From Candidatus Latescibacterota bacterium (GTDB taxonomy: Bacteria > Latescibacterota > UBA2968 > UBA8231): a DNA stretch of 64,000 bases. Below, piece by piece: positions 29,597 to 39,663 of this stretch. Below the pieces are notes generated by a model. It was not told where the DNA came from. It was given only the letters and a program-made list of their open reading frames with translations, and ran no database searches. Made by a program: the position numbers and the translations under genes. Position 1 is the first letter of the stretch. Each line of letters opens with the position of its first letter. The stretch is taken from positions 1,952,001-2,016,000 of the forward strand of contig CBDAOB010000004.1 of NCBI GenBank assembly GCA_965197905.1, read 5' to 3'.

Positions 29597-30634
29597 ATGT
29601 CCGACCTCGCCGTGGACATGAGAAGTGATACGCTAACCTTGCCCACCGAACAGATGCGCCAGGCCATGCAAGGGGCCGAAGTAGGCGATGATTGTTTCGG
29701 CGAGGACCCCAGCGTGAATCGACTTCAGGAGATGGCTGCGGCGCGAGTGGGAGCTGAAGCGGCCCTGTTCGTGTCCACCGGTACCATGGGGAATTTGTGC
29801 GCCCTCATCGCCCACGCGCGCCCGGGCCAGGACGTCATCCTCGAGCAGTTCTGCCACATCCTGCGGGCGGAATCGGGTGGGTACGCCAACATTGCCGGAC
29901 TGGCAGCGCGGCCAGTGACCACCGCGTTCGGCGTAATCACCCCGGAGACCTTGGAGGCTGAGGTCGAGCGTTACGGTTACGAGAAGCTGGGTTTGGTCTG
30001 TGTCGAAAATAGCTTCAACTACAGCGGCGGCAGCGCCTGGTTGCCCTCCGAGTTCGAAGCCCTATCACGGGTCGTGCGCAAGTACGAAACCCGGCTACAC
30101 GTAGACGGGGCCCGCATCTTCAACGCCGCCATCGCCACTGGTGCGGATGTCAAAGATTATATGCGCCACGTCGATTCTCTGACCTTTTGTGTCTCGAAAG
30201 GTCTCAGCGCCCCAGTCGGGTCGGTGCTGTGCGGTACGCGCAGCTTCATCGAGAAAGCCCACGCTGCTCGAAGGCGGCTGGGCGGCGGCATGCGACAGTC
30301 CGGGGTTCTTGCTGCGGCCGGAATCGTCGCGCTGGAAAGCACGGTGGAGCGGTTGGCGGAGGATCACATTCGGGCGGCCACGTTGCAGGCGGGGCTGGAT
30401 GCCATCGACGGAATTGAGACCGTTAAACCGCCCGTTCCCACCAACATGGTGGTCGTTGACGTTGCCCAATTGCAATGGACCACCGAGAAGCTGCTGGAGA
30501 AGTGGGCGTCCCGCGGCATCCGCGCAGGGCCACGTCGGCCCACACGGGCGCGGTTGGTGGCAAATCGTCACACGACCGATGACCAGGTGGCGTATGTCAT
30601 CGAAACCACCCAACACCTGGTGGCTGCAGCGTAA
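29597..30634 (+). CDS. ltaE: Low-specificity L-threonine aldolase
   Basis: [34 protein letters not shown] and GGGMRQ motifs. Confidence 0.9.
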   Translation: MSDLAVDMRSDTLTLPTEQMRQAMQGAEVGDDCFGEDPSVNRLQEMAAARVGAEAALFVSTGTMGNLCALIAHARPGQDVILEQFCHILRAESGGYANIAGLAARPVTTAFGVITPETLEAEVERYGYEKLGLVCVENSFNYSGGSAWLPSEFEALSRVVRKYETRLHVDGARIFNAAIATGADVKDYMRHVDSLTFCVSKGLSAPVGSVLCGTRSFIEKAHAARRRLGGGMRQSGVLAAAGIVALESTVERLAEDHIRAATLQAGLDAIDGIETVKPPVPTNMVVVDVAQLQWTTEKLLEKWASRGIRAGPRRPTRARLVANRHTTDDQVAYVIETTQHLVAAA

Positions 30635-30653
30635 TCCAATCCGTTCACCCACC

Positions 30654-33074
30654 TTGGCATCGTTTTCAGTATTCACGGCCAACGCGCCGGACGTAACGCG
30701 CCGGATCCTCACCTCAAAGCGCTCCGTTCCAGCCATCCGCTTCGCTCGCTCTTGGGCTTTCGTGCTTCTTGTTGCTGTGCAGCCGGTGATGGCCACCGAT
30801 TCGGGGGGCGGCGAAACTCGACCGGCCAATCACCTGATCGACGAAACCAGCCCGTATCTCCTACTACACGCCTACAACCCGGTGGAGTGGTACCCCTGGG
30901 GCGAGCCGGCGTTGAGCCGAGCCCGGACCGAAAACAAACCGATCTTCCTGTCAGTAGGCTATTCGACCTGTTACTGGTGTCACGTGATGGAGCGGCTGGT
31001 ATTCTCGAATCCGGAGATCGCCGACTTGATGAACCGCTGGTTCGTGAACATCAAGGTCGACCGCGAGGAGCGACCTGACCTCGACAAGATCTACATGTTA
31101 GCCACGCAACTGGTAAGCGGCAGCGGGGGCTGGCCCAATTCGGTTTTTCTCACCCCCGAACTCAAACCCTTTTTCGCCGGCACCTACTTCCCCCCAGAGG
31201 ATGCGCACGGGCGACCCTCCTTTCCACGAGTTTTAGAATCGATCCACGCCGCCTGGGAGACGCGCCGAGAAGAGGTCTTCGCGGCCTCCGAACAACTTAC
31301 GGGGGCTATACAGGAGCTGGAATCCGGAGCCCGCGAGCTGCCAAGGGACCCCGACAGCGCGCTCGTGACGCGTACGCGATTTGAGCTGGAAGCGCGTTAC
31401 GATGCCCGCTTCGGCGGTTTTGGCGGTGCCCCCAAGTTCCCATCGACCATGAGCCTCGATTTCCTGCTCACCTCATGGATGGACACGGGAGACAAGACCA
31501 CGTGGCAGGTGGTGGAACACAGTCTCGAGGCGATGTCACACGGAGGTATCTACGATCATGTGGGAGGCGGTTTCCACCGCTACGCCACCGATGCCCAATG
31601 GCGCGTGCCCCACTTCGAGAAGATGCTCTACAATCAGGCGGGGTTGGGGCGTCTCTATCTGCGCGCCTTCGAGCTCAGCGGCCGTTCCTCCTGGGGCGAG
31701 GTGGCCAGCGACATCCTGGACTTCGTCAAGCGTGAGCTGACCTCGCCCGAGGGGCCATTCTACTCTGCGCTGGACGCGGAGACGGAAGCCGTGGAAGGCA
31801 AATATTACCTGTGGACGGCCGAGGAAGTGCGCACCGTGCTGGCCGACGGTGAGGATCGCTTCCACAGCCTGTTCGAGCTGGTACCGGTGCCCGAAACCGG
31901 CGGCAACGCCGTGGTGAAGAAACGGCGGGGCACCTCCGACATCGGACCCTCGCCGGACGAGTTGAGACGCCTGAAAGATATGCGCCGGCGACTTCTAGAG
32001 GTTCGCAGTCGACGGGTCTATCCCTTGCGAGACGACAAGATCATCACCTCCTGGAACGGGCTGATGATCGAGACCTACGCCTACGCCTATCGCGTGCTGA
32101 AGGATCAGGCGTACCAGCGCACCGCGGAAGCGGCGGCGGAATTCGTTCTAAAACATATGCGAACGCCGGATGGAGGGTTCTATCGAGTCTACCGCAATGG
32201 ACGCGCGAAATATCCCGCCTACCTGGAGGACTACGCCTTCCTAGCCCGGGGTTTGCTGAGTTTGCACCGGTCCGGCGACGACGAACGCTGGCTGGCGGAA
32301 AGCGAAACCGTGGTCGATCAGATGCTGCGCCGTTTTTGGGATGCGGACGCGGGAGGATTCTATTACACAGAAGGGGGTGCTGATCTGATCGTGCGCATCA
32401 AAGACGGCCAAGACTCCGCCTTGCCGTCCGCCAACGCGGTGGCGGTCGACGTGCTGTTGGACCTCGCCGAAGTCACCGGGGACAAGGCGTATCGGAAGCA
32501 GGCTGGGCGCTGTCTACGGTCGTTCGGTGGCATGATGCAAGCCCAGCCCCAGGGGTTCATTCGCATGATCGCCGCCGCCGATCGGTACCTGAAGTCCCAA
32601 CCCAAGAGTTTCCCGGCCGCCTTCTCGGGAATCTCGCCACCACCCTTAACGGAACCAGTGGTCCAGGCGCGCCTGCGGACGGAGACCACCGCTCCAATCC
32701 CCGGACATGCATTCGCGCTGTCGGTCGATCTGTCCATCCAACCGGGGTGGCACCTGAACGCCTACGACCCATTTGCGCGAACCCTGCTGCCCACCTCGAT
32801 GACCCTGAACTTCGATCTGCCCTTGACAGTTCTCGACACCACCTATCCCGCCAGCCAGCAGTTCTATTACGAAGCGCTCGACGAAACCTTGAATGTCTAC
32901 CAGGGTGAGGTGTCGCTGGGCGCACGGTTGCAACTACAACCCCATGCGCCCACCGGCGCCAAAGGAGTGATCCGCGTTCTCATACAATATCAGGCGTGTG
33001 ACGATACCCGGTGCTTGCCCCCTGGCGAGCTCCAGAAGACGGTGCCAATCTCGGTTGGCGCGCGAACCGAGTAG
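30654..33074 (+). CDS. YyaL/SSP411-type thioredoxin-domain protein fused to a C-terminal DsbD-N-like domain (start uncertain, 30654-30789)
   Basis: [32 protein letters not shown] and PHFEKMLY motifs; C-terminal GWHLNA...[12 protein letters not shown]. Confidence 0.85.
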   Translation: MASFSVFTANAPDVTRRILTSKRSVPAIRFARSWAFVLLVAVQPVMATDSGGGETRPANHLIDETSPYLLLHAYNPVEWYPWGEPALSRARTENKPIFLSVGYSTCYWCHVMERLVFSNPEIADLMNRWFVNIKVDREERPDLDKIYMLATQLVSGSGGWPNSVFLTPELKPFFAGTYFPPEDAHGRPSFPRVLESIHAAWETRREEVFAASEQLTGAIQELESGARELPRDPDSALVTRTRFELEARYDARFGGFGGAPKFPSTMSLDFLLTSWMDTGDKTTWQVVEHSLEAMSHGGIYDHVGGGFHRYATDAQWRVPHFEKMLYNQAGLGRLYLRAFELSGRSSWGEVASDILDFVKRELTSPEGPFYSALDAETEAVEGKYYLWTAEEVRTVLADGEDRFHSLFELVPVPETGGNAVVKKRRGTSDIGPSPDELRRLKDMRRRLLEVRSRRVYPLRDDKIITSWNGLMIETYAYAYRVLKDQAYQRTAEAAAEFVLKHMRTPDGGFYRVYRNGRAKYPAYLEDYAFLARGLLSLHRSGDDERWLAESETVVDQMLRRFWDADAGGFYYTEGGADLIVRIKDGQDSALPSANAVAVDVLLDLAEVTGDKAYRKQAGRCLRSFGGMMQAQPQGFIRMIAAADRYLKSQPKSFPAAFSGISPPPLTEPVVQARLRTETTAPIPGHAFALSVDLSIQPGWHLNAYDPFARTLLPTSMTLNFDLPLTVLDTTYPASQQFYYEALDETLNVYQGEVSLGARLQLQPHAPTGAKGVIRVLIQYQACDDTRCLPPGELQKTVPISVGARTE

Positions 33075-33140
33075 ATCAGTAAAAGGTAGTTTGTCTGAGG
33101 GTGGCTCGGACTCGGCGCCCACCAACGGGCGCCCCACATA

Positions 33141-34166
33141 TCAGACCAGCTGTCCGCCGCAGGAGCTGCCCGCCCCCGCCGTACAGCCGTAACAGTGGTC
33201 CTCGACCGCAATGTCGCCGTCGTTGAAGGACTTCAGTGTTTCCACCGACCAGATCGTCTTCGGGTGGCGACCGGAAGGGATCTCCACCATCTGATTGAAA
33301 TCGCAATCGTAGATCTGTCCGTCCCAGCCAATAGAAATCAGGTCGCGACACATCAGGTTTTCCACCGCGGAGCGGTTAAAACTGTTGACCAAGAGCATCA
33401 TGTACTCCAGCACTTGATCTGCGTGTTTCAGGTCGTAGAGAAACCGCTTGATCGGCATATTGGTAATCGTGAAGAGTCGATTGAAACGGACCCCGAAATC
33501 CTCCAACAAACGCTCTTTGTAGTCGCTTTCCAACTCGTCCTGGGCGGGAGGAAGAAACGGCCCCACTGGATTGTAGACGAGGTTTAACACCAGGTCGCCC
33601 TCGCCGTAGCCCAGCTCGTTGAGCAAACGCAAAGCGCATATACTCTTGTCGAACACCCCTTTGCCCCGTTGCTGCTCGACGTTTTCGCGAGAGTAACAGG
33701 GGAGGGAAGCAATAACCTCTACGCTGTGTGCTGCCAGAAACGGCGCGGTGTCCTCCTGCCCTTCTTCGACCAGGACGGTGAGATTGCAGCGGTCGATAAC
33801 CTTATGTGTGCGCGCTCTGGATTCCCGCACCAGATATCTGAAAACGGGGTTGAGCTCGGGAGCGCCGCCGGTGATATCCACGGTGTCTAATTGCTCACCT
33901 CCGGGGGTATCCATGAGCTCGACAACGCGCCCCGCGGTGTCCGAGGTCATCTGTTCCCGCCGATGTGGACCGGCTTCCACGTGGCAATGTCGACAGGTCT
34001 GGTTGCACAGTTTTCCGACGTTGATCTGCAGCGTTCGCAACGGACGTCGGTTTAACGAACAACCGCTTTTCGCCAACCGTTGGGCGAAGGAGGGCCAGGG
34101 GCCAGCCAGCTGATCCTTGTCCAGCTTTGATTCCGCCGGAGCGATCGTAAGTAGAGGTGTGGTCAT
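33141..34166 (-). CDS. arsS: ArsS-like radical SAM protein with a Cys-rich C-terminus
   Basis: LQINVGKLCNQTCRHCHV, DITGGAPELN, ASLPCY, DCDFNQM and HCYGCTAGAGSSCGG motifs. Confidence 0.85.
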   Translation of the reverse strand: MTTPLLTIAPAESKLDKDQLAGPWPSFAQRLAKSGCSLNRRPLRTLQINVGKLCNQTCRHCHVEAGPHRREQMTSDTAGRVVELMDTPGGEQLDTVDITGGAPELNPVFRYLVRESRARTHKVIDRCNLTVLVEEGQEDTAPFLAAHSVEVIASLPCYSRENVEQQRGKGVFDKSICALRLLNELGYGEGDLVLNLVYNPVGPFLPPAQDELESDYKERLLEDFGVRFNRLFTITNMPIKRFLYDLKHADQVLEYMMLLVNSFNRSAVENLMCRDLISIGWDGQIYDCDFNQMVEIPSGRHPKTIWSVETLKSFNDGDIAVEDHCYGCTAGAGSSCGGQLV

Positions 34167-34260
34167 TGGCTGTCCAGATTGAAGGGGATGAGTGTAACCC
34201 ATTTATCAGCAGCACGCAATTTTTTTCGCGAGCGGGGAAGGCGTTCCCAGCGCCAACGAG

Positions 34261-35145
34261 CTACTGGGTGCCGTTCAGGATCAATGCGAGCGAAAAGATG
34301 GTGCCGCTCAAGGTGTTAGTACCGGCCAGGACATGCAACAGCTCGGCCTGTACCGCCGTGCCCGGCGACAGCGAATAGATGACTCCCGGACTGAGCTTGG
34401 TAAAATGTTGATCCCCGACGACCAGGTTCGGTAAGGCGCCGCCGCCGCCGGGCAAGGGTGTCACCACGGTTTGACCGGCGATATCAGGTGGGGTCGAACG
34501 GTTGCGGACCCCATCGAGCGCAATCTTGGTGAGCACCGGACCAAGGTTGTACCCTACCTCCACTCCGTAGACCAACTCGTCGTGCAAACGTCCACCTCGT
34601 CGGCGGAACCCCAAGCCGCCGGTTACATACCCCGCCAACGGCCACAGGCTGCGGCCTGCGAGCAGATGGATTTCACCGTCTAACTTTGCCGAACCGAGTG
34701 GCGGTCCGTCGTTTGCCGGCCGCTGGTCGTACCCCAGAGGAAACTTGACACCCGTCTGAATCGAGAACGCCAGTGGATCGGGTAACAGCTGCCGGCGCAC
34801 TGAAAGGGTGATATCGCCAAACCCAACGGTGTTGACGATTTCCCGATTGGTTTCGATGCCCCCGCCAAACAGCACGTCGCGCTCAGAACGCAACCCTTTG
34901 AACGGCAACGTGGCGACCATGGTTGCGTTCTCTGTGAGACCGTATTCCAGGTAGAGATTGAGGTTGGCGTCGCGAAACGACGCATCCTCGAACGCCGTCT
35001 GTTCTTCGAGAATCTGCAGCCTGTCGCCCAAATGGTTGAATTCCTCGGTGGTAGAAAAATAAGACGAGCCGACCTTGAGGAAGTAGCTTCCCTGCTCTTG
35101 CACCCAGGTGCCCGCCCAGCAGCGTCCGGCCAACAACCCCACCAC
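34261..35145 (-). CDS. Putative outer-membrane beta-barrel protein (true start probably further upstream)
   Basis: Paralogue of 18615-19502 (GRSLWPL, EVGYNL); the in-frame upstream sequence encodes a signal-peptide-like stretch. Confidence 0.6.
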   Translation of the reverse strand: MVGLLAGRCWAGTWVQEQGSYFLKVGSSYFSTTEEFNHLGDRLQILEEQTAFEDASFRDANLNLYLEYGLTENATMVATLPFKGLRSERDVLFGGGIETNREIVNTVGFGDITLSVRRQLLPDPLAFSIQTGVKFPLGYDQRPANDGPPLGSAKLDGEIHLLAGRSLWPLAGYVTGGLGFRRRGGRLHDELVYGVEVGYNLGPVLTKIALDGVRNRSTPPDIAGQTVVTPLPGGGGALPNLVVGDQHFTKLSPGVIYSLSPGTAVQAELLHVLAGTNTLSGTIFSLALILNGTQ

Positions 35146-35221
35146 CAGAAGGGCAAGAGTCGCTAGAGGCGCACCGACAGCACGGCGTCTCGAGTCCAGG
35201 CCCGGTCTTCGCGGTCACGTG

Positions 35222-35902
35222 CTATGGGTATTTGAGAAATCGGGTATCGGGGTTGGCGCGTTTCCAGCTGTCCCAACGTCCCACCGAGGACTGAAACTCC
35301 TCGAGCTTGCGACCCGCATAGAAACCTCCGATACTGGTCAATCCATCCTCCCCGTCCATATGGTACCACAAGCTCTCGGTGTCGTAGTCAAACAGCACGA
35401 AGGTGCTGCGATACAACCACCCGCTGGCGCTCATGGTGAGAACCCGATCGTCTATCTCGCGGCTGTACACGCCAGCCAATCCAACGATCGGTCAGTAAGC
35501 GACCGCCACATGGGTGTCGCCAAACACCTCGTTGGCGACCTCATGGGCGCTCATTACGCCGATGGAGTAGGCCCGAGGCATATCGTTGAGTCGGGTGCCA
35601 AGAATCAGGAACGTCGCATTTTCGGCGGGATAACCATCCTCTTCGGCGGATAACATCTGCGGATTGAGAATGGGACGCAGCGAGAAAGGCCCGCTGCCTA
35701 TCTCGAACTCATCGGGCTCAAAGCCGAACTCGTTCTTGGCGTAGGTGACGTCCCACCTCTTGCCCGTTTTGTCGACGATGAAGATGCGCCCGGCGTCGCC
35801 TTCGATACCGAAGGGACCCGAAGGACTGCCGGAAGAATCACCGCATCCAGAGATCCAGAAAAGGCAGGGAAACAGCAATGCTGCAACGATTCTCAATCGC
35901 AC
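35222..35902 (-). CDS. DUF3179-type lipoprotein, predicted selenoprotein (copy C; in-frame UGA at 35492-35494)
   Basis: ORFs 35492-35902 and 35222-35479 are in the same frame, joined by VAVAY-TGA-PIVGLAGVYSR; lipobox ISGC. Confidence 0.85.
35461..35477 (-). promoter_or_regulatory. Putative bacterial SECIS hairpin (copy C)
   Basis: GGCUG-GCGUGUA-CAGCC, 14 nt after UGA. Confidence 0.6.
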
Positions 35903-35915
35903 GGCGGCTTCGCTT

Positions 35916-36584
35916 TCACGGATAGCGCAGGAATTTCGACTTTGGATGATTGTTCCACCAGGTGCTCCACCGGGTGACGGTAGATTCGAATTCGGACAGC
36001 TTGCGGTCGGCGTAGAAACCGCTGATACCCGTCAATCCATCCTCCCCAGGTAGATGATACCACATGGTTTCCGTCTCGTAGTCGAAGAGCACGAAGGTGC
36101 TGCGATAGGTCCACCCGCTGGCGCTGAGAGTTAGGACGTTACCATCGATTTCGCGGCTGTACACGGCAGCCAGGTCTACCAGCGGTCAGTAGGCGACAGC
36201 GACATGAGTCTCGCCGAATTTCTCGTTGGCGATCTCGTGTCGACTCATGACGGCGATGGGGTAAGCCCTGGTAAAGCCGTTTAGCTGCGTCGCCAAGACG
36301 AGAAAGATCCCAGCCGTCTCCGGGTAGCCTGACTCTCCGGGAGCCCACATGAGGGGGTCGTTGATCGGTCGAATGGCAAACGGACCAAGACCGAATTGGA
36401 AGCCAGACGGCTGCAGATCGTACTGGTCGCGGGCATGAGTTACGTCCCACGATTTCCCCGTGCGATCGGTGATCAACACGTTGCCTTCTTCTTGAAACAC
36501 CCGCGCGGGGCCCTGGGGCTCCTCCACGTAATCGGCGCATCCGGACCAAACGAGCGCCGCTGCAAGAAGAATGAACTTGGTCAA
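35916..36584 (-). CDS. DUF3179-type lipoprotein, predicted selenoprotein (copy B; in-frame UGA at 36186-36188)
   Basis: ORFs 36186-36584 and 35916-36164 are in the same frame, joined by VAVAY-TGA-PLVDLAAVYSR; lipobox WSGC. Confidence 0.85.
36155..36171 (-). promoter_or_regulatory. Putative bacterial SECIS hairpin (copy B)
   Basis: GGCUG-CCGUGUA-CAGCC, 14 nt after UGA. Confidence 0.6.
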
Positions 36585-36615
36585 GTAGCCTATCCTGCTG
36601 TGTGTAGGTTGCGGC

Positions 36616-37332
36616 TCAGGGCCGTGGTCGATAGCGAGAAGGCCGTTTCGGGTACCGCATAAATTTAGTATCGGGATGTTCTTCTTTCCACCGCTCCCAA
36701 GTGGTTCGGGTGGAGTCGAGTTCTGGCAGGATGCGGTCCTTGTAATATCCCGAAATGGCCGTCAATCCTTTGGTACCCTTCCTGGGATACCACAAGCTTT
36801 CCGTTTCTTTGTCGTACAACACAAAGGTTCTGCGGTAGGTCCACCCGCTCGGTGCCAAGGTCAATGTGCGGCCATCTATCTCGCGGCTGTACACGGCCGC
36901 CAGGTCCACCAGCGGTCAGTAAGCCACTGCGGCTTCGGTATACCCGATTGTTTCGTTCACGATTTCATGGCGCACGATCTGGCGGATCGCGTAGCTCCGT
37001 GCGTCGCCCTCGAAACTTGCTCCGATAATCTGTTCCTTTGCTTGACGCGAGCGCAAGTTTGGATAGTCCTGTTCATGAGAACGGATCATCTCGGGATGAT
37101 TGATCGGCGGAATCGTATTCTTGCCGATACCGAACTCGAACCCGGAAGGGGCCATCCCGTACTTCTCGACGGCGTGGGTGATATCGAAGCGTTCGCCGTA
37201 CCGATCAGTTATGAAGACGGGTCCACCTCCCGACCGAGCCTGCGTTGTGTTCCCGGCTGGGACCGGACCGCAGGCTATAAGAAGACAGGACACCAGGACG
37301 ATCGCGGGAGACCCTGCGTAAGCTCTGTTCAT
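36616..37332 (-). CDS. DUF3179-type lipoprotein, predicted selenoprotein (copy A; in-frame UGA at 36916-36918)
   Basis: ORFs 36916-37332 and 36616-36909 are in the same frame, joined by AAVAY-TGA-PLVDLAAVYSR; lipobox LIAC. Confidence 0.85.
36883..36901 (-). promoter_or_regulatory. Putative bacterial SECIS hairpin (copy A)
   Basis: G-GCGGC-CGUGUACA-GCCGC, 14 nt after UGA. Confidence 0.55.
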
Positions 37333-37354
37333 GCGGTGCTCCGTGCCGGCGACA

Positions 37355-39439
37355 TCATCTGTCCACGGGGGAAGCCGCGCCGGCTACTGAGGCTCGAGTT
37401 TCGCCATCGCTGGACGCGGCCGTTGCCCCATTCCGTCGCGGTATTCCGAAACTGAATCGACTGCCCTTGCCAGGGCCGTCTGACTCGGCGCGGATGTATT
37501 GGCGCTCAACGATATAGCGCGAGATCGCCAATCCGATTCCGGTTCCCTGTTTGCGGGAAACCGCATCGCCCGCCTGTTCGAACAAGTTGAAGATCCGCTT
37601 CAGCGCATCGGACTCTATGCCCTCGCCGCTATCGATGACCTGGAATTCCAGATCGTCGCCGGCCACTTGAATCTCGACCCGGATTCCATCTCCAGAATCG
37701 GTAAATTTCAACGCGTTATCCAGCAGATTGGCCAACACCTGGGCAATCCGATCGCCATCCGCTACCGCTGTGAGTCCGTTGGGCTCGGCCGGTCCCCGGT
37801 AACTCACTTCGATCCCCTTTTTGGCGCCCATTTCGCGGTACGACTCCAACACCTCCTGCACGATGGGATCCAGATCCACTTCGGAGCGATTCATCTGCAG
37901 CCCCTGCCCTCGGTCGATGCGCGAGAAATCCAGCAGGTCGTCCACCAACCGAATTAGCCGCGCGGTATTGTGACCCATGATCTCGACCCGTTTGCGCACC
38001 TGTTCCAAGGTCTCGCGCTGTACCTCCCCCGTCTGCTCGAGAAACTCCTCTGTTAGAAACATCTGGTTGATGATGCGGCTGAAGCCGTCGAGAGAGGCGA
38101 GGGGTGTCTTGAGCTCATGAGAAACCACCGAAAGAAGGTGTGATTTATAGGAGTTCAGACGCTCGAGTTGCGCGTTCTGTTGCTCCAGTTGCGCCTCTGA
38201 GAGCTGAAGATCTGCGGTGCGAGACCGGATTTGATCCCGAAGGTGGTCGGTCGCTTCCCGCAGACGGTGGACCATGATATCGAACGCCGTGTAGAGCTGG
38301 CCAATCTCATCCTCGCGCGGATACGGTTGGGGATCGGCGCGCAGGTCCCCGCCTGCTACGCGTTCCGCCATTTTGCTTAGATTCAGCACCGGCTTTACCA
38401 CCATCGACTGGCTGAAAACGAGGGTTAGTGCGAGGCTGATCCCGATCACCACGGATCCCAGAATCAGAAACCCGTTTCGCAAGGTCTTGGAGGGAGCAAA
38501 AATAACATCGGTAGGCGCGTCGAAGATGACTGCCCAATAGTTGTCCTCGCTCAGCGGATCGTATTGAATTTTTCCGGCGCCGTGCATGCACCGGTGAGTA
38601 CTCTCGTCATGGCCTCTCTCCGGTTCGCAGGCCACATAAAGGCTTGCCGACTGTTGCGAGGCCAGTACTGCGGCCAGCCGCGGGTGCACCTCGATAAGAG
38701 TCGTTTTTAGCCCCAATCCGTCGGATTCTGGCGTGCGGTAAAGCATGCGGCCCCGCTGATCGACAATAAAGGCGCGTCCCTGGTCGACTGGATTGTTCAA
38801 CCCTGACAACAAGCGACCGGGATCGACGCGGACGGTGATCGTTCCCACCGTAGGTCCACCGGGTCCAACGACGGGAGCCCCGACCCAAAAGGTGGGAATC
38901 GATCCCTCAGTCTCGGAAGAAAGGAGCGGCGAAACGTAGACAGTGCCTTTGCTCAGCGAGATCGTTTGCCGAAAATGATCCGTCGACCGCTGGCGCAACT
39001 GGTCGCGGGTGACCAGGCGCGCAACTCCATCCTGAACGAGAATCCGCATCCGCTCGCGGCCCGATCGATCCGTTAACACGATTTCCACGCATTCCGGGTG
39101 GGTTTCGGCCATGGAAATAAAGAGATTCTCCAGCTGCGATGCAGTCGGCGGGTGGTCGGCCGGCGGGCCCGGGTTTCCGTCCCTTGCCACCAGGAACGCC
39201 TGCACCGGCTGCATGTTGGCCATAAAGAGCGCCTTGCGGGATTCATCGCGTATGTAGTCGGAAAAGCTCTTCGAGACGGCCTCGATGCCGAGCCGGAACT
39301 TATCTTCCGCCAGTTCCTCCAGGGCATCCTGACTTCTGGCGTAGGCGAGGTATCCAAGAACCAGAAGCCCGATTACCTGCAGACTCCCCAGGACCAGAGC
39401 TGACTTGATTCGAAAAGACAAATGGCGAGAGCGATTCAT
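37355..39439 (-). CDS. Membrane sensor histidine kinase (Cache-like periplasmic domain, HAMP, HisKA, HATPase)
   Basis: Two TM segments; DEIGQL..AF (HAMP); VSHELKTPL, NLLDNALKFT, DSGEGI and GTGIGL motifs. Confidence 0.9.
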   Translation of the reverse strand: MNRSRHLSFRIKSALVLGSLQVIGLLVLGYLAYARSQDALEELAEDKFRLGIEAVSKSFSDYIRDESRKALFMANMQPVQAFLVARDGNPGPPADHPPTASQLENLFISMAETHPECVEIVLTDRSGRERMRILVQDGVARLVTRDQLRQRSTDHFRQTISLSKGTVYVSPLLSSETEGSIPTFWVGAPVVGPGGPTVGTITVRVDPGRLLSGLNNPVDQGRAFIVDQRGRMLYRTPESDGLGLKTTLIEVHPRLAAVLASQQSASLYVACEPERGHDESTHRCMHGAGKIQYDPLSEDNYWAVIFDAPTDVIFAPSKTLRNGFLILGSVVIGISLALTLVFSQSMVVKPVLNLSKMAERVAGGDLRADPQPYPREDEIGQLYTAFDIMVHRLREATDHLRDQIRSRTADLQLSEAQLEQQNAQLERLNSYKSHLLSVVSHELKTPLASLDGFSRIINQMFLTEEFLEQTGEVQRETLEQVRKRVEIMGHNTARLIRLVDDLLDFSRIDRGQGLQMNRSEVDLDPIVQEVLESYREMGAKKGIEVSYRGPAEPNGLTAVADGDRIAQVLANLLDNALKFTDSGDGIRVEIQVAGDDLEFQVIDSGEGIESDALKRIFNLFEQAGDAVSRKQGTGIGLAISRYIVERQYIRAESDGPGKGSRFSFGIPRRNGATAASSDGETRASVAGAASPVDR

Positions 39440-39663
39440 ACTCACTTGGCCACGAAGGTTATTCTGTCATGGACTACCGCAATAGATGCCTGTCGGTTAC
39501 CGTGGGATTCGTCCGCGGGTGACGGAGCTCGGTAGATCCCAACGAAACCGAAACTACAGTTGCTTCATCTAACAAACAGATTGAGATTCCTGCTACAACT
39601 GCCACAATTACCACCGGCTCCTCGGTGCACGACGCAGGTGGGTAGAAACCTCCGGAGGGCAAC

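Noticed and set aside
30189..30653. N-terminal extension of the 961-aa ORF
   Set aside because: It overlaps ltaE in another frame; YyaL homology begins near 30825.
35222..37332. Six separate small genes, or three nonsense pseudogenes
   Set aside because: The same TGA position in three diverged paralogues, alignment to Cys in a homologue, intact downstream frames and a conserved hairpin all favour Sec recoding.
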